Positions 51,536-64,000 of a DNA stretch of 64,000 nucleotides are shown piece after piece. The DNA is from Gnetum montanum (Eukaryota > Plantae > Gnetophyta). Below the pieces are notes generated by a model, which saw only the letters and a program-made list of their open reading frames with translations, searched no databases and was not told where the DNA came from. The stretch lies in assembly GCA_015680685.1 (NCBI GenBank), contig MNCI01003034.1:20482-84481 (forward strand). The letters are read 5' to 3'. Both the position numbers and the translations under genes were made by a program. The stretch's first letter is position 1. Each line of letters starts with the position of its first letter.

Positions 51536-54500
51536 GGTGATTTGCAGATGGACGTAGATTTATCTGCATCCTTAACCTTAACAGGCCCATATGGGGAGAC
51601 CATTAGATAGCTTAATTACACGTTGATAGAAATAGACCCTTCCCTTTGTGACACAACCATAGCAACATCAGAAATATCCCCAGATTGGCCAGAACACCTA
51701 GCTCGAACTCTAGACCTGGAGGCTGGTGATGTGACCGAGGACCCTCTCAACGAGGTCCCTGTGGTTATGCACAAAGGCAAAAATAAAACTCTCAGGGTTA
51801 GTTCCCTCCTAAACCAATAGACACAGAGTGGCATAACTCAAGTGCTCCAAAATAATGTTGCTGTATTTCCATGGTCATATGAAGACATGCCAGGATTAGA
51901 CCCAAGATTAATACAGCATAACATAATTTTAGACCCACACATCAAAGAAATTAGATAGAAGGCATGAAAGATTAAGCTAGAGATCGCGCTAGTAGTGCGT
52001 AATGAAATCACCAAGATGTATCAGGCTGGTTTCATTCGCACGGTTGTTTACTCAGATGGGTGTCCAACATCGTAGTTGTTTCTAAGAAAACGGGAGGTAT
52101 ATGCATCTGCATAGACTTCTGAGATTTGAACAAAGCTACGATTAAAGATAATTTTCCATTACCGAGTATCGACCAACTAATCGATACAACAGCTGGTCAT
52201 GCGCTTCTATCCTTTATGGATGGCTTCTTAGGTTATAATCAAATTCGTATTAACCCAGAGCATCAATTGACCACAACATTCATGACACCTTGGGGGACTT
52301 TCTGTTACACTATGATGCCTTTCAGGCTAAAAAATGCTGGCACAACGTATCAATGAGCCATGACATACATCTTTAGCGACTACCTTTTAGGGAGATGAAA
52401 TAGCGACTACCTTTTAGGGAGATGACATAGCGACTACGTAGATGACATAGCTGTCAAGTCTATAAAGTTAGAAGATCATTTAGAAGACCTGGAGTTAGAC
52501 CTTAAACGATGTCTCAAACATGACTTACGGCTTAACCCAAGGAAATGTGTATTTGGAGTTAAAATCGAATGCATGTTGGGGTTTGTAGTATCAGAGACTA
52601 GCATTCGAGTTGATCCTGACAAGGTTAAAGCCATCATCAATTTTTCGCCACCTACAAACCTTAGGGAATTACGTGGGTTGCAGGTCATACTACAATTTAT
52701 AAGGTGGTTCATTTCAAAGTAAACAGATAAATTACATCCCATGCAACATCTCCTCAAGAAGGGTGTTAATTTTGAATGGACCAATGACTGCTAGTGTGCA
52801 TTTGACAACTTAAAAAAGAAGCTGCAACACTTACCAACAGTTTTCCTACCTCAAAGGGATCAGCCTTTTTACATTTATCTAGCAAACTCGAATGTGTCTA
52901 TAGCTGCGTTACTTTTCCAAAAAAGGAACGANATCTTTTTCGCAGTCAGGTCAACATAATTTGCAAAAACAACGTTATGCAAGCTATCTCAAACAACTTG
53001 TATGAGAGTAGTAGGATAGCTTGCTGGAAGGATATCATAGCCAAATTTGATTTACATTATGTTGGCCAATTGTCCACCAAAGGTCAAGCTATAGCTAACC
53101 AGCTAGCGGCATCGCCTATTAAAGATCAAGCTACGATAGAGCCAGAATTTCCAGATGAACATGTACATAGTTTAAGCCTTGTGTTAATAGGCCTCAAAGC
53201 AATGTTATACTTCGACAGAGCTTCAACTACTAGAGGTGGTAGTGCTATCGCTATTATTATGCTTGCCCCTGAGGATGTGCATCCATTGGCTTACCTCGTG
53301 GCCTTCCCTTGTACGAACAACATGGCAGAGTATGAGGGGCTCCTTAGAGGATTGTTGATAGCTAGAGAACTCAACGTTCAGCATCTGGCAATCCGAGGTG
53401 ATTCGATGCTCATCATCAATCAAATCACAAGATTCTACACCTACAAAGTTGTGCATCTATATCCCTACTACGATATGGCTAAAGATCTCCTAAAACAATT
53501 TGTGACAATCGATGCCCAACATGTGCTGCGTAACGAAAACGTTGTGGCCAATGCACTAGCCACACTAGCACTAAACATGCCACCACACTTGTTTGCCACT
53601 TGGCCCACTTTGATGATGGAATGTACAGACCTTGTCATTCAAGTAGTGCATATTTCTTCATTAAACACGGGGGGAACACCATAATGGTACGACAACATTA
53701 AGACTTACCTTCTGCATGGCGAACCACCACACGAGCTAACGCATGCACAAAAAGACACAGTATGCAAGAGTGTCAGGCAATACTTCATCATCGGAGACAA
53801 TACTCTCTATAGATGCTCTTTCAATGGGGTATTGCTAACCTGCATTAATAATGATCAAGCGTAGTGAATAGTTAGCAAAGTCCATGAGGGGTTGTGTGGA
53901 GGACACATAACCCCGCAAGCCATGGCTGCTAAAATTAGATGCCTAGGGTACTATTGGCCATACATGGAAAAATATTGCCTTACCAAAGTTAAGACATGTG
54001 ATACGTACCAGCATTACGCAAACCTAATACACGTGTTGTCAACTGAGTTACATACTACACAGATTACTTGGCCATTCCAATGATGGGGACTAGATATCAT
54101 AGGTCCTATCGTGCCTAAGTCTTCCGTAGGACATAGCTTCATTATCACCGCCACTGAGTACTTCACAAAGTGGGTTGAGGCTATCCCCCTATGGAAGATT
54201 ACATCTCAACAGGTTTACCATTTCATCTTAGACAATATTGTAACTAGATTTGGGCTCCCTATGACTATTGTGACTGACAATGGGCCATAATTTAGTAGTA
54301 TAGAAACGAAACCTTTTTGTGATAATCTTGGTATCAAGCAATCTGTTTCTTCACCCTATTACCCGTAAGCAAATGGTCAAGTAGAAGTAACAAATAAAGT
54401 AATTATCAATCTACTTAAAAAGATGCTCAGTAATAACAAAAAATGATGGCATGAAAAAATCCTCTACGTGCTATGGGCATATCGTACGACGTGCAGAACA

Positions 54501-54926
54501 ACTACAGACAGAACACCCTACAGCCTAGTCTATGGATCTGAAGTAGTGTTGCCCTTGGAATTACAAGTTCCCTCATTTTGGATGGTCCTCTCCATGGTTA
54601 TAAATGAGACTCAACACAATGAGTCTAGAATCATGGATTTAGACTCAGTGGAGGAGAAATGCATCCAGACGCTCAACACCATTGAAAGATATCAGGATAA
54701 ATAGAGACAAAAGCATCAGCACAACCTACATCAACGACCGATCAAGAAAGGAGACTTAGTTCTCAAGGACATTTGTGAACTAGTAGGGAAATTCTCTGCA
54801 AATTGGGAAGGCCCTTTCCTGGTCATCGGCGCATACGGCAATGGAGCATTCAAGTTAGCAGATATTGACGGCAATGAATACCTGCATCCAATGAATCATC
54901 TGTATCTGAAGCAGTACTACATTTAA
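51536..54926 (+). pseudogene. pol: pol of Tat2: RT, RH, aRH, integrase
   Basis: WSYEDMPGLDP, KDNFPLPSIDQL, YVDD, TNNMAEYEGL..IRGDSMLIINQI, WGLDIIGP, YFTKWVEA, WEGPF. Starts right after TTTTTTGCAG. Confidence 0.95.
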
Positions 54927-54963
54927 ACACCAACTCGGCTCAAGCGTAAAGGTAACACACGTT

Positions 54964-55320
54964 CGCTACGATGTAAAACTGGCAAATTTGTACATGTCCG
55001 CTACGATGTAAAATTGGCATTCCTTTCATGCGTTCGCCAAGATGCTAAACTGGCAAAGTTTCTGACCGTCCACCCTGATGTGAAACTGGCAAGGTAAGCA
55101 CACGTCAACTGAGATTCTAAACCAGCACAAACTTGTCCCTGGGTCATGACATAAAACTGAAACCCACAGCACGGTCTGCTGGGACCATAAACTAGCTCTT
55201 CCACTATTCGCTACGACGTAAAACTAGTAGGTTTCAGTCTGCCCAGATGTTAAACCGGGACCAAGGCCTGCTGAAGCTTAAAACTAGCAACAACAGTCAC
55301 CTAGGACTCAAAAATGGAAT
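54964..55320 (+). repeat. Array of 11 hairpin units (29-36 bp period) right after the integrase stop
   Basis: Units start at 54964, 54999, 55035, 55071, 55107, 55142, 55177, 55209, 55240, 55269 and ~55298. Loop consensus NGAYNNWAAAC. Confidence 0.85.
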
Positions 55321-56472
55321 CCGTTAATAGCAAATCCACATAGCAAGTGAGCATGATCACTCTTGCACTACATCCCTACCAGATGGAACAGGTAAGGCGT
55401 TGGGACAGATGCAACACCGCTACCCCACCAGCATCCTACTGATTCCTCGGACATGCCGAAAGGCATACTACTGACCCCTTGGAGATGTTGCTATGATAGT
55501 TGCTCTGTAGTTGCAGCTCCTGGGATCAACTTCACTGCTTCAAGCCTCGAAGAAACTGTGGTCATTTGTCATCTCAATGGCTTCCATCCATCGTTGTCAC
55601 CAAACTCTGGCTTGGCAGATTCGTCTGAATTGTTCTTTGCCCAGTTATTTGAGTAAGATGAATCTAGTTGTTAACGGAGGTTTCATGAACTGTGGCATCA
55701 ACATTGGGACCCTTACTCCTTGTTATGGTCCTTTTCGCTTTGGACGGTGCTTGTTTCAATAGTCTCCCTCCTTAGGGATTAGGATGATTGCTTTTGCGCT
55801 CTGCTCTTTGTTATGTTTTGCAAGTTACTTGCTATGATAATGTTGATCAAGAATGCATTCATTAGAAGGTGAGGTGTTGTGGCATCCTGAAGTGGTTGCT
55901 CAGACTAGCCTAGCTACTCAGGGGTGCAAACCCTACCTCTTCCCCCATCAGATACGTTACTTCGCTTCATCCTTCCCTTGTTCTCATGACTGCCTTTACC
56001 CTCTTCTTGGCCTGTATAGAGTATAAACATTCAAGCAAATTCTTTCGCATCATCATGAACTGGCGTAATGCAACTCGCCTAGTGCAAGAAAAAAGGAGCA
56101 AAGCTTGGCAAAATGGATGTAAAACAACTCATCCAGACCACACGGGCATAACACAACTTATCTGCACAAGCCCTTCATATACAGTATGACAGCATAACCT
56201 CTCGCAAATACATTCATGGAAGCACGTAATGACTTGTTCGCAAAAGTTTCATGTTCACATGCTTGAGTCTTCCCCGAACCTCCCTCCTCTTACTTCTGTA
56301 AAATTCCTTCTATGCTTTCTTCTCCACCCTTCTTTTGCACTTCAAGGTTTGACAGAGCAACATTTGAGCAATCTCTGATAGACGCTATTGGTGCCTTTAC
56401 CTCTCTGGTGTTTCGTATTCTTTGTTGACATCTTTCGGGCAAACCCTCTAAACATCAACAAAGAGGGGCCAT

Positions 56473-58017
56473 TGAAACACCATAAAAATTTTGAGGCCTC
56501 GACGGTTCAGCAAAATCTAGTGATTTAGGCAAGGATTCATGACAAGGTGTAGCACAACAAGTTCACTTTTTGATCAAAGGTCTGTCCTGCCAAGCTACGC
56601 AGCACAGTACAAATAAATTTCAGAAGACAGAACAAAACGATGGGTGTACAGAGGTAAGCCTTCAACTTTGCAATTTTTCTATGTTTCAAAAATCTTAACT
56701 TTTAGCATACTATGCTACATTACGCAACATAGCATAACATCGTGTTACGCAGTGTAATGTCAAAGGCAGTCCACCACAAAATCAAAGATGACAAACATTC
56801 AAGACTTCGATGACCCAGCAAAAATCTCAAGGTTTAGGCAATGATCTACAGCATGTTGCGCATTTCAATAGGTTTTCTTTTTCAGGTTAAGGGGCCTATT
56901 ACGCTGCGTTACGTAGTGTGGCATAATAAACCCTGAAAGGATTGATCAGAAACAGAGGAAGCATGGTGACAATAGTTCCATTTTTTGCAGGTTCACTATT
57001 TTATGTTGAATTACGCTATGAGGCGTAATTTAGCATGATGCAGCGTAATCTAGCATGCTGTAGCGTAATACAAGCAAAGAAAAAATAGCATAATACAAGC
57101 ATCAATAGTTCATACGTCACGATACACTCTCTAGCATATCACAGCATAATCAAAGAATAGCCTATCACCAAAGCCCAAACAAGAGTGGTTTACGACGCGC
57201 TACGCAGTGTGGCGCCTTCAGCTTCAACAAAAAACATATCAAGTCAATGACATTTTGTAGGTTTAGGACATGCATAATCTAAACCCCATTTTTCTTCTGA
57301 CCTTAATCTTATAAATACTCCAGTCGACAAAGATCAAGGGGTTGGCAAAAAATTTCTCCTAAGATTTGACAAATTTTCTTTGTGAGCGATTTTTCCTTTC
57401 GTTGGCAATTATTGACAACTTTTAGCAAGGATTAACAAGAGAACAAAGAGGATCAATAATAACAAGAGTATCGAAGGCACTTGGCAAGAATATTTGGTCA
57501 AAAATAGCTGGTTGATGGACATTCTGCTTTGGGTCCGACCTTCTTGTACCTGAATCTACTAGAACAAGGTAGATCGACCTTTGCTTGCTTCTTCTTTGAA
57601 AAGCTTCCTTGTTGTTGACACGTGCTTCGCTTAAGTTGAAGTCTGTCTATAATCATGGTAATTAATATATTTTGTTTGTGAGTTGAATCACAGATCTTGG
57701 GATTGCCTACGTTCTAAATCTAATCTCTTGTCTCCTATTTACACGAATCTCGCAAATCGCTTTAAATCGATTACATCATTTTCAATTATCTTCGAAGTTA
57801 ACAATATTAAATCTTCTCGTAAAGAACCATTTTTTTGTCATCCAAATATCACAAAATTTTTACTGATCAAGTAAGTCCTTGTCTGATCGACAAGACCGTT
57901 CAGGGCACCTCAGATTTATTTTCTCTCTAGCATGGTCCTCACACGGATTCGGGGTTAGAACTGTGTACATGAACTTTCGTTCGGTATTTCTAGCGATCGA
58001 CGTTTTCCATCGTTACA
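56473..58017 (+). repeat. 3' LTR of Tat2
   Basis: TGAAACACC...CGTTACA after the PPT. TATAAATA at ~57310. Internal ~310-bp subrepeat and TACGC/GCGTAA motifs. Confidence 0.9.
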
Positions 58018-61000
58018 ATTTGGATCCCCAAAAATGGAAATACCTTTAAGTCCAAATGAAGCTAGATCTTCAAATGATCCAAACAAGACTATCATGAATG
58101 TTAGATGTGCTACCACACGATTAACTTAATCAGTAACAGTGATAGATGGGAAACCAATGTTGTATAACCAATAGATTGTGCAATCCATCTCTTGAATGTG
58201 TATCCATAAGATTAGTCATGGGGGAGATGCTTCATCTTGGTTTAAGAACTAATAAGTATTTTTTACCTTTTTTGTTTTATAATTTTTTATCATTTTCCTA
58301 TTCCTTCCAAAATATTCTGATTCTTCATATGTTTTCCATTTCTTGATATTTTTCTTTTCTTTATATTTTTCTCTTTTCTTGAGTTATTCTCTTTATGTTT
58401 TATGAATGTATTTTATGTTTTTGTTAATAATATTGCCAATTCATTATGTAGAAGTCAATGCTATATGTTGGGTTTTTGTGCTATATTATCAAGGTGACTA
58501 GGTAAGTAATTGTGTAAAGTAGTGAGACCACCTCATTCATCCCTCTAGTTCTCTAAATAAAAGGTATTTTTCATGGAAATAATTTGGTTCCTCTTTCATG
58601 GAACTAAAATTAATTAATGATCATTGTACCTTGAAGAAAGAGGGAATGACCAAGTGGGAATGGTAAGGTGTCACCTCAAGGGGACTTGTTTGGTTTTCTT
58701 CTTGTCTTTCTTCATGTGATTTATGAATCCTCTTAGAATGTATCATCACTCCTCCATTAATCAATAAAAAGGAAGCTCTAAAAATTGAATAGGATATCTG
58801 AAAAAAATCAATTTTTGGTTGGTTTTGATATCTTAGCCTCGATACCTTGGCTCTAATATCTTGGCCTTGTCAACATGGTCTATGGCATTGACTAGGCCCC
58901 GTTGACTAGGCCTTGTTGACTAGGCCCCATCGATGTATTCTATTGCTTCGATGTGGCCCCATTGATGTGGTGTCTATTTTCCTCTATAAATATGAGCTCA
59001 TAGTTATTTTTATGTAATTCTTTGGCCAATAGAGTAGCCAAACTCTTGTAGTTTTATTCCATAATCTTAGAGAATAGTTAGTGAGTGCTCGTAGTGTGGA
59101 TCTGAGCCAATTGTACAGTGTCATATTTGAGTGGCAATGTACCTAGACACATTTCATGAATAACAATAAGATTGAGATTGATTCTTATTCATTGTAGCAC
59201 TTTGACTTAGATTAAATTTACTTTTAATGTAATTTATATTCCATGTACTTAGATAATATTTATGTTTCCATGCATGTTAATGAATTGGTGGAATGAGTGT
59301 GACCAGTTTTAAGTGTAAACACGTATTCACTTGGTAATCCTAATAGTGTTATTTATTGGTTTGCCCAGTAGCATAGAAATTGGTAATCCCAGTAGTGGAT
59401 ACATGGGTTTAGGATGTGTGTGGCAAGCTGGGAATGGACACTGATCACCCATAGGCTAGTTTAGAATTTATCTTTATGTTGTTAACTAGTTTAAGTAATT
59501 CATTTCTTTATTATTGTTAGGAGTTTCACAAGGTCAAAACAACATCAAGAATCATATGCCTCACTTTGGACTAAACCAGATGTGGTAAAGCTACCACTAG
59601 TCCAAGTGGAAAGACAATGAACTACGATCAAGGCATAATGACCTAGATGCCACAACTAGTCCCATCCATAGAATTCAACTAGATCATGTGTCAACGCTTG
59701 TGATTCATATGGCTGGGTGTAGGGGGTACCTCGCCACTCATCATGCTCCCATTGTATATTTAGCACTCATTGTCAATAAAGTAGCTAAACCCTTGTAGTT
59801 TTATTTCATAGTCTTATAGAATAGTCAATGAGTCTGGAATGTGGATCTAAGTTATTTGTATGACATCTTATTCTAGTAATAATATACTTGGACACATTCT
59901 ATGAATGGCAATAAGATAGATGTTTATTCTTATTTATTACATCACTTTGACTTAGATTAAATTTATTGTTCATGTAATTTAACTTTACATGTACTTAGTT
60001 AATATTTACATTTCATGTACTTAGTTAATATTTACATTTCCATGTACATTAATTAATTGGTGGAATGAGTGCGATCATTTTCATGCATAAACACGTATTC
60101 ACTTGGTAATCCTAGTAGCATTATCATTTGGTTCATCTAGTAGCATAATGTTTAATAATCCTAGTAGTGGATATGTGGGTTCATAACATGTACAACAAGC
60201 TAGGAACATACACTCATCACCCATAGGCTAGTTTAGACTTTACTTTCTATCATTAATTAGATTAAATAATTAACTTCTCTATTATCATTAGGAGTAGCAT
60301 AAAGCCAAAAAACCATTAACAATCATATGTCTCACTTTGGAAAAAACCATACATGACAAAGCTACCATTAGTCCAAGTGAAAAGATAGCAAACTACGATC
60401 AATGCTTAATGATTTAGATGCACAAATAGTTCCATCCATGGAATTTAACTAGATCATGCATGAATGCTTGTGATTCATATGGTTGAATGTAGGAGGTACC
60501 TGCCACTCATCATTGGTGCCATCACTAGGGATTGTACCAGTTATCTAGATTAGTTATATTATCCATTATCATTGTAAAAGTATTAATGATTTATCTTTTA
60601 GAAAATATTAATATTTTATTTTAATTCACATGTTAAAAACATGTCTTCTTCACATAGGACCAATAATACATCGTATGATGAAAACACTCATAGGAAAAAT
60701 GGTAGGTTCTATACTAAAGAGAATTGAAGTGAGCAACCTCAAGTAGAGGTTTCATATGCTTATTTTGACATGTACTACATGTAAGGACTATGTTCAATTG
60801 GTAAATATAATTCTAGAGAAGATGGAATAAGTCCTAAGACCACCTCTAAATTTAGAAAGGATACATCAAGGAATGATTGGAAGAACTATAGGATCCATGG
60901 TGATTATCCTAGTTCACCATCCTCATCTTCCTCTTCAACATCTAGTTCTAATGAAGATGAATGTAGGTATAGAGATATAGCTCCACTATGGGGTCAAGAT

Positions 61001-61072
61001 CAAGATAAAAATTGAACCCAAGGGTAAAATCAAAGACATCAAAATGAGCATAGACAAGATTATCACAATCAA

Positions 61073-62130
61073 ATGAATAGAAATATAGATTATCATCATT
61101 ACATGTCTAGTATTTATGAGCCCTTGTTGGCTACTAGGAAACTAACATATATTAGGGAGGTAGTTCAAATACCCCAAAGGCATCAAAGGGATAGTTACAT
61201 CAAATGGATTGATATGGAAAACATTCCTAAATTTAGGGAAGGCTATAATTCTAATCCACAACACCATTCAAAAGCCTTCCATGATGCTTGCACCTTGCAA
61301 AACATTGAACAAAAGTGGCAAAAGCTTAAGCTCTTTCTTAGGATAGTAGTAGAATAAGTTGAAAGTTGGTATAGATAATTGGAAATAGATTCAATCCATT
61401 AGTGGTTCACAATGCTGGAACTCTTCAATGAAAAATATCAAACCTATGTGAGAGTGTCCAATCTAAGAAAACAAATCCAAGGGTGGAAGTAAGAAAATCA
61501 TGAACCCTTGAATGTTGCCTTGGATAGATACTATTCGCTACTACATAGATGTCTTGGCCATGATTTCTCTCAAAAAGAGTAACTTTTTCACATCATAGAT
61601 GAGCTTCATAATAAAATGAGGAAGATCCTTGGGATTTATTCTTAAGGTTGATTATCCCAACTAAAAGCCCATCAAATGAAAAGGCTAATCAAGTAGGTGG
61701 AAACAAAAGAAGGAGAGTTATGTAAATGAGAGAATGTAGAGGAATATAACTAGGACCCAACTCTTGAAAAGAAGAAGGTTAATATCTATGATGAGGAGAA
61801 AGAGGGAACTTTTGATGAGGTGATTTCACAACAAATCTTGTTAATACAAAAGTTTGTCACTAAGCTTGAAGCAAGAATAGGTAAGATTTGGAAATTGACA
61901 AATGAAAAAGTCACAACCCATATTAAAACCATAGAGGAGAAGGTATCACAAAATGAATTAAGTGATTGAAATAAGAAGAGTAAAAATACCAAAGAAATAG
62001 GTGGGAATACTTAATAGCAAAAATGGAAAAGGACCATAGTAGAAGAGGCTATAGACTCAACCACAGAAGAGGATGATGGTTGTGATATCTGCCAATATGA
62101 TCATCCAAAGGACTATTGCCTAGTTATGTT
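61073..62130 (+). pseudogene. gag: Athila-type gag of B3
   Basis: PKFREG..NPQHH.KAF..WQKLKLFL...ESWY..LEIDSI..W..MLELFNEKY..LRKQIQGWK..ALDRYYSLLHRCLGH, plus a CDICQYDHPKDYC knuckle. Confidence 0.85.
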
Positions 62131-64000
62131 ACATCTACATGAGTATGGGACTTTTGCTTTAAATTCCAAGCTCATACAAAAGCAAATGCCTAGGAAATTA
62201 CCTTACTCACAAGGTAATTATAAATAGTCCTATAGATAATTGTACTATCCTAGTAAGACTTCTTATTACCCTCAAAACTACTATCCATCATAGTGGAAAA
62301 CCCATATTTGTGCAAGATGCCATCATCAAGGTAGCACTACCCTTATTACTAGCTAGACCTATATGAATATGATGTTCAAAAACCTATTTCCAAAATTGAT
62401 TCTACATCCTCTACTTCAAATCACTACTACCACTCTCCCAAATATCATCAATCTACAACATTTTTTGTGGAATCACCACATCATGCCTCTCATCCTCTAT
62501 CATAACCTCAATATTCTCATACTTCCCTCTACCATATGTCACTACCAATAACACAGGAAGGTTTGGAACCACAACATCAATGAAAGAATGCCACTTGTGT
62601 TGTGAACATACATGGAAATGGTAATGCTAGTAGATCTCAACCACAACCTTGGAAACGTCCTTTCTTTAGGGTAGTTTTCTCACATGGGCACAAAACTCGT
62701 AGACCTACTAACTCATCAAAATTAGCACAAGACCCATCTAGTGTAACATCCTTCCTCATCAAAAAATGTCTCCCAATCCTACACAAGAGCCAACATCCAT
62801 TACCATTCCAATGCAAAACATAAAAGATGAACCTATCACTATGGAAAGATAGAAGAATCCATGAATCACTAATAATAATAAAGGATGTGGTTGTGGGCTA
62901 GAAGTTCAAAATATCAACACAATCCCTATACCAATCCACAACAAAGTTAAGGAACAAGTATGGGAGTGAAAACAAGTCTATTTAGTAGTCACTAAACCAG
63001 AAGACATCTAGTGGCTTGTAAATAAGGGTAAAAAATTGTTTAAAAGATGCATGAAACCAAATAATTCACTTATGAGTTCTAGACTTAAGGAAATGGATCA
63101 AATAGAGAACTCAGACATAGACATCTTACACTCTAACTATACACCAAAAAAATATATTAAACAAGAACACCTATGAATTAAGATAGAAAATCAAGAAGAA
63201 GAAAACACATCTGGATCCTCTAAAAAGGAAATAACTTTGAGTCCAGTTGAAGATATGTCTTCCAATAAAAATGAAATTATCATTAATGTTAGATGTGCTA
63301 CCATGCGAATGATTAAATCAACAAAGATGATAAATTAAAAAAGTATGTTGTATAGCCAAGGTGTGCAGTCCATTTTCCAAATGCTCATCCACAATATTAG
63401 TCATGGGGGAGATGCTCCATCCTGATGCAAGAACTAATAAGTGCTTTTCACTTTTTTTGTTCATTTTTTTATCATTTTCTCATTTCTTTCACCATTTTCT
63501 AATTCTTAATATGTTTTTCATTTCTTGATATTTTTCTTTTCTTCTATTTATAATTTTTCCTTCGTCATTTTCTTTATGTTTCCATTAATAATATTGCTAG
63601 TTATGATGCAAAAGTAAATGCTATGTGTTGGATTTTCTTGCTATGTTATCAAAATAATTGGGTAAGTAATCATGTGAAGCAGTGAGACCACATCATCCAT
63701 CCCTCAAGTTCCTAAATAAAAAGATCTTTTGTCATGAAAGTAATTTAGTTCTTCTTTCATAAAACTAAAATTCATCAATCATCATTATACCTTGCAGAAA
63801 GAGAAAAAGGCCAAGTGAAAATGGCAAAGGGTGTAACCTCAAGGGTACTTGTTGGATTCTCTTCTTGACTTCCTTCATGTGGTTTATGACTCCTCTAGGA
63901 ATGTATCATCACTCCTTCATCAACCAATAAATAGAAAGCTATGTCTTTACATGGTGTGGTTTCCATTTTAAAAAATATATAAATTACAAAAAAAAAACCA

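Larger units (their letters stand above)
47481..58017 (+). mobile_element. 5'-truncated Tat/Ogre-like element (Tat2), CpG-retaining and so probably younger
   Basis: Antisense gene, pol, PPT AAAGAGGGGCCA and LTR 56473-58017. The 5' LTR, gag and PR were lost together with ~2.2 kb of host B2. Confidence 0.9.
45972..59743 (+). mobile_element. Athila-like element B2, nested in the B3 LTR and itself hosting Tat2
   Basis: 5' LTR 45972-~46927 and 3' LTR ~58785-59743 (its start is deleted). TSD TGCTT/TGCTC. Internal pieces 46930-47480 and 58018-58775 match B3 at 60513-61043 and 63209-63940. Confidence 0.88.
45762..64000 (+). mobile_element. Athila-like element B3: 5' LTR 45762-45971 plus 59744-60512 (split by B2); runs off the window
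   Basis: TGATGAAG start, CACTCATCA end at 60512, PBS TGGTGCCATCACTAGGGAT, gag, internal CATGGGGG at ~63402. No pol motifs. Confidence 0.85.

Noticed and set aside
52925-52940. Apparent RNase H deletion in Tat2
   Set aside because: It coincides with an N, so it is an assembly gap rather than demonstrable biology.
54964-55320. CRISPR-like or hammerhead-ribozyme interpretation of the repeat array (CTGATGTGAAAC in one unit)
   Set aside because: Repeats are degenerate with only 8-15 nt spacers, there are no cas genes and the context is a eukaryotic TE. The hammerhead core CUGANGA-stemII-GAAA is incomplete and not conserved across units.
209-62823. Most short ORFs in the supplied track as host genes
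   Set aside because: They fall within LTRs or are alternative frames of TE pseudogenes. None shows a recognisable cellular domain.

Overview
AT-rich plant heterochromatin made almost entirely of nested, CG/CHG-decayed retroelements. No intact host gene is visible. The window holds three Ty3/gypsy Tat/Ogre-type elements (RT-RH-aRH-INT order): a 3' end at 1-2239, a full-length ~19 kb copy at 5994-24986 with a CCAAT target-site duplication (TSD), and a younger 5'-truncated copy at ~47481-58017. It also holds three gag-only Athila-like elements, two SIRE-like Ty1/copia remnants, a LINE that is not of the angiosperm L1 type, and chromovirus fragments. The main finding concerns the Tat elements. 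In the full-length copy, gag-protease and RT-pol are separated by an ~8 kb intron-like spacer. This spacer carries an antisense, multi-intron gene resembling a plant mobile domain (PMD) protein. The gene, its intron positions and the pre-RT splice acceptor are conserved in the second, diverged copy, where a TATA box is also visible. The same elements carry ~35-bp-period arrays of small hairpins with compensatory stem changes and a fixed 11-nt loop, a conserved stem-loop over the PPT/LTR junction, and a second antisense ORF remnant after integrase. All alignments and translations were done by eye, so boundaries without a TSD or terminal motif are approximate.
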